Under the pieces are notes generated by a model, which was not told the origin of the DNA, made no database searches, and saw nothing but the letters and a program-made list of their open reading frames with translations. From a virus (Duplodnaviria; Caudoviricetes), in the IMG/VR virus record IMGVR_UViG_3300014205_000170, positions 454,810-518,809 of that record: a DNA stretch of 64,000 nucleotides, one strand, 5' to 3'. Position 1 is the first letter of the stretch; each line of letters begins with the position of its first letter. The translations under genes and the position numbers were made by a program. Shown one piece after another: positions 57,197-64,000 of this stretch.

Positions 57197-57197
57197 A

Positions 57198-57572
57198 ATG
57201 GAAATAAAGAAACTAAGGTGGTGGAATCCAAGACTTAAAAGTCTTAATAAGAACAAACGTAAAATCATAGATAGGACAGCTACGTTTAAAGTCTTTGGAT
57301 ATCAATTTTTTATTACCAATATCAAAAACTATAACAAGGGTAAATCTATTATAGAAAAAAACGTCTTTTATCTTAATTATAAAAAATATTTTAAGGATAA
57401 ACATGGAAATAATTCATCAGGTTATTCTAGAACAATAAAATGTACAAGTTTAAAAGATGCCAAAGAGAAGGCTAATCGACTGTGTGAAAAGTTAATAATA
57501 CAAACCTTTTATAAGCCGGTACCAACCAGGAAGGTTTTTACTGAAAAGAGAAAACAACGTAAATTAAAGTAA
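57198..57572 (+). CDS. paralog family B protein, RKVFTEK motif
   Basis: IKKLRW..FYLNY..CTSLKDAKEKA..FYKPVPTRKVFTEK. Confidence 0.65.
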   Translation: MEIKKLRWWNPRLKSLNKNKRKIIDRTATFKVFGYQFFITNIKNYNKGKSIIEKNVFYLNYKKYFKDKHGNNSSGYSRTIKCTSLKDAKEKANRLCEKLIIQTFYKPVPTRKVFTEKRKQRKLK

Positions 57573-57940
57573 TGTTAATACTTGAAAACTTAAAACCTTT
57601 AAAGTGGAAATCCCTTTATACCAAAAAGGAATTAAGCACTATTTTTAAGGGTAGGGTTTCTTTGATGTCTAGGTGTCCTTTACCTTTACATGATAATTTT
57701 AGATTCTATATTTCGAATTGGAAAGAACTTACACCAAGAACAGCCAATCCTATAATTGATGGTCATTTTTATCTTTCCTCTGATATTATGAATAAAAAAG
57801 GTGATAAAATTAAATTCAATTCCATAGCAGATGCAAAGAAAGGTGCACAAAAACAATTATACAAAATTTTAAAAGCATTGTACTTTATGCCCAATCCAAG
57901 AAGAGTTGTTTTGTTCGAGAAAAGGAAACGTCCTAAATAG
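57572..57940 (+). CDS. paralog family B protein, RVVLFEK motif
   Basis: LKPLKW..FYISNW..SIADAKKGA..FMPNPRRVVLFEK. Confidence 0.65.
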   Translation: MLILENLKPLKWKSLYTKKELSTIFKGRVSLMSRCPLPLHDNFRFYISNWKELTPRTANPIIDGHFYLSSDIMNKKGDKIKFNSIADAKKGAQKQLYKILKALYFMPNPRRVVLFEKRKRPK

Positions 57941-58195
57941 CATAAAAGTCTCTGGTTTTTTCTGTTAATACTATCTTGCTTGGTATTAGTTTTTCTTTGT
58001 GTTTACAAACACAAGTCAATCCAATGTAGGAATTTACCCAATGTAGGAATTTACATATATGGCAGAGGAAAAATGTCTGTTGTAATATTCTGCATATTCC
58101 ATAAAAATCCCAGAATACGGAATAAAATCCTTCTCTATAATTATACTGTCTACTTTTTGTCTAATGCTTACAGTATCTCCAAGAGTAAAATCCAT
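57933..58195 (-). pseudogene. family A paralog frameshifted by a 17-nt tandem duplication
   Basis: CCAATGTAGGAATTTAC x2 at 58021-58054; removing one copy restores an 81-aa ORF, MDFTLGDTV...SKIVLTEKTRDFYAI. Confidence 0.75.
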
Positions 58196-58205
58196 ATACA
58201 AATTT

Positions 58206-58673
58206 ATGAATAAATTTCTTATATTTGTTCTAACAATGCAAGGAGCTTTAAATTTATTCCCAGAGTATGTTTTTACCAAAGGAGTTCTTTTGGAAAAAAG
58301 TGGATATATTGCCTGTGAGAATATATTAGATTTGTTTCCAAATAAATTTTGGAATGATTTGTATGATAAACTACCTAATGAAGGAGTTACTAATGATGTG
58401 GTGAGAATTTTGTCTGAACAGTTTTTTTGTCCTTTATTGAATGAAGCAGAATGGTTCAACACAGGTTTGTTTTATACTCCGACTGATTTCTCTCCTTTTG
58501 TTACACTTCGTGTTGGTAGGTATGTTTTTACAATAACACCATCTTTGTTTGGAGTAAAATCATTTTATGGAAGTGGTTTGGTAAGTCCTTTTAAATATGA
58601 ACTTAATGATATTTGGAACAAGAAGAAACTAGTATACCGTTCAAATTATATACTTAAATTAAATGGAACTTAA
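58206..58673 (+). CDS. paralog family F protein, KGVLLEK motif
   Basis: similar to 47058. Confidence 0.55.
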   Translation: MNKFLIFVLTMQGALNLFPEYVFTKGVLLEKSGYIACENILDLFPNKFWNDLYDKLPNEGVTNDVVRILSEQFFCPLLNEAEWFNTGLFYTPTDFSPFVTLRVGRYVFTITPSLFGVKSFYGSGLVSPFKYELNDIWNKKKLVYRSNYILKLNGT

Positions 58674-59109
58674 AAAACTTAACTGGTTTGTAAATAAGGA
58701 TTATTCTTATAAAAACATGAAACAATGGTTTGCCAGATTTCATTTCTTTAATGTTATATTTTATATTGATAATTGGTCAGGTAGCTCTGAAAGGCCAATC
58801 ATAAAAAAAAATGTTTACTTTGTTTATTTTTATCGTAACGATAAATTCTCATATTCACGTAGAATCCAATGTCAAAGCCTAGAAGAAGCCAAACAGAAAT
58901 CTATTGAGATGTGTTTTAAAATGATAAGGGATACTTTTTTTGAGCCTCCGGTTGAACGAAAGATACTTTTTGAAAAGTGTAAACGTAAAGCTTCTAAACG
59001 AAAAACAATAAGCGAAAATGATATTCGTTTATTACAGAATCTTAGATTGATAGCGCCGGCTGAACCGATAAATGATAATGTATTGTGGGGATATACAACA
59101 TTAAAATAA
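58663..59109 (+). CDS. paralog family B protein, RKILFEK motif
   Basis: LKKLNW..FYIDNW..CQSLEEAKQKS..FFEPPVERKILFEK. Confidence 0.65.
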   Translation: MELKKLNWFVNKDYSYKNMKQWFARFHFFNVIFYIDNWSGSSERPIIKKNVYFVYFYRNDKFSYSRRIQCQSLEEAKQKSIEMCFKMIRDTFFEPPVERKILFEKCKRKASKRKTISENDIRLLQNLRLIAPAEPINDNVLWGYTTLK

Positions 59110-59117
59110 TTATAAAC

Positions 59118-59282
59118 ATGAATATTTCAGACTTAAAACAGATAATAATGCAAGAAGTACTAGAGACGCAAGGAAAGTGTGTTAGAGTAGTTTTAACAGA
59201 GAAATACAGTAAAGCTAAAAGAAATAAAGAGATTGCTGATAAAATTTTTAATGAGGTTTTAAAGAGAATGAATTATTTGTAA
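59118..59282 (+). CDS. small protein, RVVLTEKY motif
   Basis: paralog of the next ORF. Confidence 0.55.
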   Translation: MNISDLKQIIMQEVLETQGKCVRVVLTEKYSKAKRNKEIADKIFNEVLKRMNYL

Positions 59283-59479
59283 TGAAGATTGACGTATTAA
59301 ATAGTAGAAGCAGATTGTCTCCGGGCGCATTTGATGGGTTTGTTTTCAATAATTTTGAAGAGGTTTTTTCTAGGTACGTGTTGGTTGAAAAATACACTGA
59401 AAAACAAAGACAGTTTGATGTGGACAATGCGATATTTTATCAAAAATTACTTAAGATGTTAAATCCACACAATTTTTAG
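59282..59479 (+). CDS. small protein, RYVLVEKY motif
   Basis: paralog of the previous ORF. Confidence 0.55.
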   Translation: MKIDVLNSRSRLSPGAFDGFVFNNFEEVFSRYVLVEKYTEKQRQFDVDNAIFYQKLLKMLNPHNF

Positions 59480-59787
59480 ACGGCTTTTGTTTTTTCTGTT
59501 AAAACTATTCTTAAAGTATGTATTGGTTTGTCTCGATTGAAAAAAGAAAGTGACCACTTATTATCAGTACGTTTAAAAAAAACTAGTCCGCTTTTGAATT
59601 TATTCTCTTTTGAGTTACGAATTTTCACTAAAAAGCCTCTTACTTTAATTGAGTCTACTGATTTTTTATATTCACATCCTCCATGTTTCTTTTTACCGGT
59701 AAGAGGATTTTTTTTCAAGTCACATGTAACTTCAATTGTATCGAAATGATGAAAAGTGGAATCTTGGTATAATTGAAAATCGTTCAT
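59476..59787 (-). CDS. paralog family A protein, RIVLTEK motif
   Basis: FDTIEV..VRGFL..RIVLTEK; TACCTTTG upstream. Confidence 0.6.
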   Translation of the reverse strand: MNDFQLYQDSTFHHFDTIEVTCDLKKNPLTGKKKHGGCEYKKSVDSIKVRGFLVKIRNSKENKFKSGLVFFKRTDNKWSLSFFNRDKPIHTLRIVLTEKTKAV

Positions 59788-60005
59788 TGGTCTATTCAAA
59801 GGTAGTCAAAATTTTGGGCAAAAAAATTTCTGGGAAAAATTTTTGGTAGGTCGAATTTTGTATATCATATAGAAAAGGGTACACCCTCTTTTTTGCCTTA
59901 AAACCTTGGTGCTACTTTTTTGGAAAAAAAATGGGCCAAAAAATGCGCGTTGGGTCCATCCACAGGGGGGGTAGGGTCATTTTAGGGCTAATTTTTGATA
60001 CGATA

Positions 60006-60114
60006 GGTTAAGCCCCTAATTAAGACCCTAACCGGTACATTAAGGGGCTAAGCTGTCCACTAGTGGTTAAGACCTTAATTAAGCCCTCCTGTATCCCAAT
60101 AGGGGTCTAAGCTA
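60006..60114. repeat. two imperfect 59-nt tandem repeats in a GC-richer non-coding region
   Basis: GGTTAAG-N4-TAATTAAG-[A]CCCT...AGGGG[T]CTAAGCT at 60006 and 60065. Confidence 0.7.
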
Positions 60115-60232
60115 GGACGGTAGGCAGAAACCGTATTGGAATTATCGTATATAAGTAAAATCCAAACCACCGCCACTGCAGCCGCCGGCCCGTGCACAGG
60201 TCCGTGTCTCCGCCAGGGAAATTCCACAAAAC

Positions 60233-60263
60233 AAAAAACCCCGAAGTTTCCTTCGAGGCTTTT
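60233..60263 (-). terminator. intrinsic terminator of the leftward early-type operon
   Basis: CCCCGAAG/CTTCGAGG stem flanked by A and T runs. Confidence 0.55.
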
Positions 60264-60417
60264 ATGGACGCTGAGTATTTTTAATTGAGGTAGGACTTTA
60301 TGTCCGAGTATTTGTATTTGTCGGTAACCAAAACTTTGTTCTTATAGTAAACGGTATACATTTGTTTGCAAGTACTAAACGTTGCATAAAAATTAGTATC
60401 TGTTCCTACAAGTATTA

Positions 60418-60777
60418 TCATGGCGTACTATACTCATAATCTAATAACGGTGTTACACAAAATATATTTATTAATTGAGAGATTCTGTCCGAGCTATGAA
60501 CTTCGATTATTTTAAAGTACTTTGTTTGATAACCGATTCGGATAGTTTCGTAGTCTGTAATGTAGCCGTCCCTTGCTAAGAGTTTTTCGCATTCCTCATA
60601 CCAAATATCAAAAAAGGGTTTACCTGATGGAGAGATTCCGTTGTCGCGAATTTCATCAAAGATGGTATAACAAGCTACAAAGTCCAGCGTGTCTACAATT
60701 GGTCGACCTCTATGTTTGTACTTTGCGGCTTTAACCGATTTCTTTTTAAAGAAATTATTAACGTAAAATAATAACAT
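60418..60777 (-). CDS. hypothetical protein
   Basis: 119-aa ORF. Confidence 0.55.
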   Translation of the reverse strand: MLLFYVNNFFKKKSVKAAKYKHRGRPIVDTLDFVACYTIFDEIRDNGISPSGKPFFDIWYEECEKLLARDGYITDYETIRIGYQTKYFKIIEVHSSDRISQLINIFCVTPLLDYEYSTP

Positions 60778-60781
60778 GATT

Positions 60782-61015
60782 TTACTGTGTTATATTAATT
60801 AATTTACCGAAACTGATTCCACCGATTAGAGCAAGTATTCCACCTATGAAGATTAGTGGAGTGTAATAATAAGACAAGCCGCACAATACTACACCAACAA
60901 TGATTAATAAACTAAGCATAGCCAAACGCTTTTTTTCTTGCTGTTGTCTTAAGGCTTTGAGACGTTCGATGTCTTTTCGTTGCCAATCATTAAATGCCGA
61001 TACTACGTCTTGCAT
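60782..61015 (-). CDS. small membrane protein
   Basis: two TM helices. Confidence 0.55.
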   Translation of the reverse strand: MQDVVSAFNDWQRKDIERLKALRQQQEKKRLAMLSLLIIVGVVLCGLSYYYTPLIFIGGILALIGGISFGKLINITQ

Positions 61016-61016
61016 A

Positions 61017-61253
61017 TTACTTTTTGTTTTTTAATTCCGCTATAATATCAAGAGCTGCTGCGAAAAATGTTTTGGTTAGTATGCTCGTACTTTCCTCTTT
61101 TAGTTTGATGTATGCTTGGATGTAATCTTGTATAACAACAATGAACCAACCAAACATAAAAAAACCTCCAGCGGCTATTGCTCTAAATAGATGTTCGTCT
61201 TTACAAAAAAGGATGACTAATAGCCAACAGATTGTCATAATAGATGTTTTCAT
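61017..61253 (-). CDS. small membrane protein
   Basis: two TM helices; ATG 3 nt after the promoter motif. Confidence 0.55.
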   Translation of the reverse strand: MKTSIMTICWLLVILFCKDEHLFRAIAAGGFFMFGWFIVVIQDYIQAYIKLKEESTSILTKTFFAAALDIIAELKNKK

Positions 61254-61256
61254 ATT

Positions 61257-61288
61257 GTACTATACGGTTTAAAAGGATTTTACGTTAC
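61257..61288 (-). promoter_or_regulatory. ECF-sigma-like promoter GTAAC-N17-CGTATAGTAC
   Basis: one of six copies with identical spacing. Confidence 0.8.
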
Positions 61289-61290
61289 AG

Positions 61291-61611
61291 TTATTCGTTA
61301 CCTAAATTTTCTAATGTGCTGGCGAAGTTTTGTTTGGCTTCATTAAAGCAATTATCTATTATTTTATTTTTCTCTATTGTTAAAGTAACCTCATTGAGTT
61401 TATTTAAAAGGTTTCCTATGTGTTCAGCAAATTTTGTTAAAAAAGGTTCAGCACATGAAGGATGATAATTAGAGATAGCGGTATAGCCTCCATTAACATG
61501 AGCTATACTAACGATTAAATCTTTTTCTATGAGCTTTTTCTCACACGCTTTGCACTTAGCTGTTTTGTAAGTATTTTGTTCAGTCCAAATGTTAAAAGGC
61601 AATCCGTTCAT
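61291..61611 (-). CDS. PARP-type zinc-finger-like protein
   Basis: AKCKACEKKL...YHPSC. Confidence 0.55.
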   Translation of the reverse strand: MNGLPFNIWTEQNTYKTAKCKACEKKLIEKDLIVSIAHVNGGYTAISNYHPSCAEPFLTKFAEHIGNLLNKLNEVTLTIEKNKIIDNCFNEAKQNFASTLENLGNE

Positions 61612-61630
61612 GGTGTGTAGTTTAGTTTAT

Positions 61631-61662
61631 GTACTATACGGAATTTAAAACATTGAAGTTAC
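61631..61662 (-). promoter_or_regulatory. ECF-sigma-like promoter GTAAC-N17-CGTATAGTAC
   Basis: exact motif; divergent from the copy at 61696. Confidence 0.8.
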
Positions 61663-61695
61663 AGTAAGGATATATCAAATTTAAGTTAAGTAGGT

Positions 61696-61727
61696 GTAAC
61701 ATACTAATAGAATTTTACGTATAGTAC
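61696..61727 (+). promoter_or_regulatory. ECF-sigma-like promoter GTAAC-N17-CGTATAGTAC
   Basis: exact motif. Confidence 0.8.
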
Positions 61728-61752
61728 TGTATAACCAATAAACAAAGAAACC

Positions 61753-62295
61753 ATGCAAGAGAACGTTAAAAAATTAGTAGAAATGTTAAGTACAATGAAA
61801 ATTGGCTTTATCGCTGTTAATCGTTATGAGAACATTGAAGGTGAAAAAAGCAAGCGTCGTATTAACATCGGTTTCAGCTATGAAAACCTAAAAAAGTCTG
61901 ACCTTAAAACATTAACTGAGGGGGTTGAGTTTATCCCTTCGGACAAGTACACACAAGCCGATTGGAACGTAGCTATTGCTGAATTGAAGCAGTCATTGAT
62001 TGAACCAAGTAAAACACGTTCTGAGGCTCAAAGTAATGCGTATTTGAGTTTAACAGAGAACAATGCTGTTCGCTACAATTACGAAACACAAGAACTTTAC
62101 ATTATGGGTATTGAACTTGATGGAAGCAAATTTGTAACCGAGGAAGGAACAAAGAAAACTGTAAAATCCGCACCAAAGACCATTGCAAAGAACGTTATTA
62201 GACGTGAGTATTTAAAATCAGGTCTTATCCGTAACTTTAAGGTAAAGAATATCGGAGAGGTGAAATTGAAAGGTGAGGAAATTGAGTTAGGGTAA
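61753..62295 (+). CDS. hypothetical phage protein
   Basis: 180-aa ORF with codon usage suggesting high expression (CGT, GGT, AAC). Confidence 0.7.
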   Translation: MQENVKKLVEMLSTMKIGFIAVNRYENIEGEKSKRRINIGFSYENLKKSDLKTLTEGVEFIPSDKYTQADWNVAIAELKQSLIEPSKTRSEAQSNAYLSLTENNAVRYNYETQELYIMGIELDGSKFVTEEGTKKTVKSAPKTIAKNVIRREYLKSGLIRNFKVKNIGEVKLKGEEIELG

Positions 62296-62332
62296 AATCC
62301 TAATATATCGGCAACTAAGAGGGGAGGTGTGT

Positions 62333-62364
62333 GTAACATTCTCCCTTTTTTATTCGTATAGTAC
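62333..62364 (+). promoter_or_regulatory. ECF-sigma-like promoter overlapping a terminator hairpin
   Basis: exact motif; the -35 box lies inside a GGGAG...CTCCC-T-run hairpin. Confidence 0.8.
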
Positions 62365-62367
62365 TGT

Positions 62368-62610
62368 ATGAGCGATGAGAAGCACATAAATAAAAAGAAG
62401 GTTATCATTGAGAAAATTAATGAGAAGCGTTTGGCTTATGAGATTGAGAAGTTGAAACGTTTGAGGGTGCGTAAAACTAAAAGGAAAATAAAACGTGCTG
62501 AGAACAAAAAATACAATTTTAGTAATGCAACATGGTATGAGGATGGTAAATGTATGCAAAATTGTGAAATGGGAGGTACTTGTGGATTCCCATGTAATGG
62601 AGATTGTTAA
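62368..62610 (+). CDS. small basic protein, KKVIIEK motif, Cys-rich C-terminus
   Basis: CEMGGTCGFPCNGDC. Confidence 0.6.
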   Translation: MSDEKHINKKKVIIEKINEKRLAYEIEKLKRLRVRKTKRKIKRAENKKYNFSNATWYEDGKCMQNCEMGGTCGFPCNGDC

Positions 62611-62616
62611 TGATAT

Positions 62617-62674
62617 GGCGTATTAGCTAAGTGGTATAGCAGCAAAGTCGGGTGTTCGATTCACTCATACGCTA
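62617..62674 (+). ncRNA. tRNA-like RNA with no anticodon arm
   Basis: GGCGTAT/ATACGCT-A acceptor; D-arm GCTA AGTGGTA TAGC; only AGCAAAGTC before the T-arm GGGTG TTCGATT CACTC. Confidence 0.75.
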
Positions 62675-62689
62675 CAAATAAATTAAACA

Positions 62690-63025
62690 ATGCTTAAAAA
62701 AGTAATTATAAAGTTTCTATTGTATTTCATTTTGCCATGTGCAATAGGTTTTGCTTTTAGAACAAACATTTACCTGTTCATTAATTTGATTTTATTGTAT
62801 GCTATCACAATATTCATTATTAATCTTGATAACCGCAAATGGAAATTTAGGTGGATTAATGAATACAAAAAAAGAGACAATTACGATATTCATATTACCC
62901 CAGTCATCACTTTCAATCAAACCACAATAAACAATGAATTGGGGAGCGGTGTCTCTCATGCTATTGCCTTGGAGTGGTTATGTTTTGCAGTAGCTATTAT
63001 GCGTTACAAAGTTAAACCAATATAG
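62690..63025 (+). CDS. membrane protein
   Basis: two N-terminal TM helices. Confidence 0.55.
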   Translation: MLKKVIIKFLLYFILPCAIGFAFRTNIYLFINLILLYAITIFIINLDNRKWKFRWINEYKKRDNYDIHITPVITFNQTTINNELGSGVSHAIALEWLCFAVAIMRYKVKPI

Positions 63026-63026
63026 T

Positions 63027-63058
63027 GTAACGTCTCCCTATTAAAAATCGTATAGTAC
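63027..63058 (+). promoter_or_regulatory. ECF-sigma-like promoter GTAAC-N17-CGTATAGTAC
   Basis: exact motif. Confidence 0.8.
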
Positions 63059-63221
63059 CTTATAACAAAAACCAAAACACATGATACAACAAAGAAAAAG
63101 CATTACAATGCCAACATTACAAGAGTATAACAACAGCCGCTTATTGGCTTGTGATATTGTAACCGGACGAGAGTTCCGTAGAATGAAAAGAAAAGGTTTA
63201 ATCTCACCAATTTATTAAGCT

Positions 63222-63425
63222 ATGAACGAACTAAACGATTCAACAATGCACATGCTTGGTTATTTGGATGATAGCCAATGGAGGGATGCTGCTATGGCTT
63301 TAGATGGCAAAGAAGAAAAACAAGAACTATTGGAATTGGCAAAGAAGGTAGATGAAAGATATAAAACCAATTTTGCCAAGGTGGTACAAAATGTTTATAA
63401 TGGAGTAAAAGAAACCGAAGAATAA
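63222..63425 (+). CDS. hypothetical protein
   Basis: 67-aa ORF. Confidence 0.55.
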   Translation: MNELNDSTMHMLGYLDDSQWRDAAMALDGKEEKQELLELAKKVDERYKTNFAKVVQNVYNGVKETEE

Positions 63426-63444
63426 TAAAACAAAAAAACAAACT

Positions 63445-63630
63445 ATGAGATTTGATATTCATCGCAGAAACAGAGTAAGCAGTAGTAGAAAAGGTCATAC
63501 CTCTTTTGATTCTTTGAAAGACCTTTTACATAAGGAGCGTAATGGTAAATACCTCAATCCAGTTGAAAAGGCTGAATTGAAAAGATATGCCGAGCAACAA
63601 CGAAGGAAAAAGACGGCAAGGAAACATTAA
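63445..63630 (+). CDS. small basic protein
   Basis: 61-aa ORF. Confidence 0.5.
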   Translation: MRFDIHRRNRVSSSRKGHTSFDSLKDLLHKERNGKYLNPVEKAELKRYAEQQRRKKTARKH

Positions 63631-63655
63631 CTATTTAGAAAGGAGACTTACAAGT

Positions 63656-63687
63656 GTAACGTCTCCTTTTTTAATTTCGTATAGTAC
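63656..63687 (+). promoter_or_regulatory. ECF-sigma-like promoter overlapping a terminator hairpin
   Basis: exact motif; the -35 box is in the loop of AAGGAGAC/GTCTCCTT followed by a T run. Confidence 0.8.
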
Positions 63688-63690
63688 GTT

Positions 63691-63864
63691 ATGATAAAAA
63701 CAAGTAGATTATTTTGGGATTGTGAATGTACTGGAAACAATGAGTATATTCATTCAAAAAAACAAACCAAGTGTTTAAAATGCGGAACCTTTCATTTTGA
63801 ACAACCTGATTCTCGTCCCGAAGAAATACGTTTATATTTATCTACTTTAACTTTAAAGTCATAA
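63691..63864 (+). CDS. 57-aa Zn-ribbon protein (not in the ORF track)
   Basis: FWDCEC..YIHSK..CLKCG..QPDSR; ATG 3 nt after the promoter motif. Confidence 0.6.
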   Translation: MIKTSRLFWDCECTGNNEYIHSKKQTKCLKCGTFHFEQPDSRPEEIRLYLSTLTLKS

Positions 63865-64000
63865 CAAATGGAAGCATACTACAACCCTTATTCTTTTATG
63901 TCTAACGACATTGTTGCTTGGAACGGTATTCTTACCAGCTTCGGAGCAATTGCACACTTAACCGCTGATGGAGATTCATTACGAATGGCCAATGAGGAAG

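Noticed and set aside
58034-58462. 142-aa minus-strand ORF as given in the track
   Set aside because: Its N-terminal part is antisense to 58206..58673; the real unit is the frameshifted family A gene starting at 58195.
60006-60114. Mini CRISPR array
   Set aside because: Only two imperfect units, no constant repeat with unique spacers, and no cas genes.
1-64000. Genome-wide stop-codon reassignment (TAG=Gln or TGA=Trp)
   Set aside because: Long genes are intact in code 11, coding density is high, and TAG/TGA end genes at sensible positions. Only the Pth2-like gene has an in-frame TAG.

Overview
AT-rich, densely packed 64 kb segment of what appears to be a jumbo/huge tailed phage genome using genetic code 11. 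A Bacteroidota host is inferred from TAnnTTTG promoters, the tmRNA tag GETFAMAA, and DUF3127/DUF6642-like genes. There is no core structural or replication module here. The window carries nucleotide and cofactor genes (thyA, dNMP kinase, HD-CoaD fusion, NDT-like, MazG-like, thioredoxin), a soluble AAA+/M41 protease, a GH64-like glucanase and a Gly/Asn-repeat fibre. It also carries a large translation/tRNA toolkit: a canonical tmRNA, a cyclic-phosphate-receiver/CCA-adding fusion, a class II aaRS-like core, a Pth2-like gene and seven non-canonical tRNA-like genes. Top observations: (1) a circularly permuted tRNA/tmRNA-like RNA of about 400 nt, with a non-Ala acceptor and a start-less internal reading frame, directly downstream of a conserved 268-aa gene; (2) a short motif, R-x-[VI]-[LIFV]-x-E-K, grafted onto more than 35 small proteins from unrelated families, including fragments of capsid and terminase; (3) a Pth2-like gene that begins ATG-AAA-TAG; (4) a tRNA with no anticodon arm and three Phe(GAA) tRNAs that share the same structural defects. 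The last 4 kb form a separate early-type region with six identical-spacing ECF-like promoters, next to a non-coding repeat region. All family assignments are from motif recognition by eye, not from database searches.
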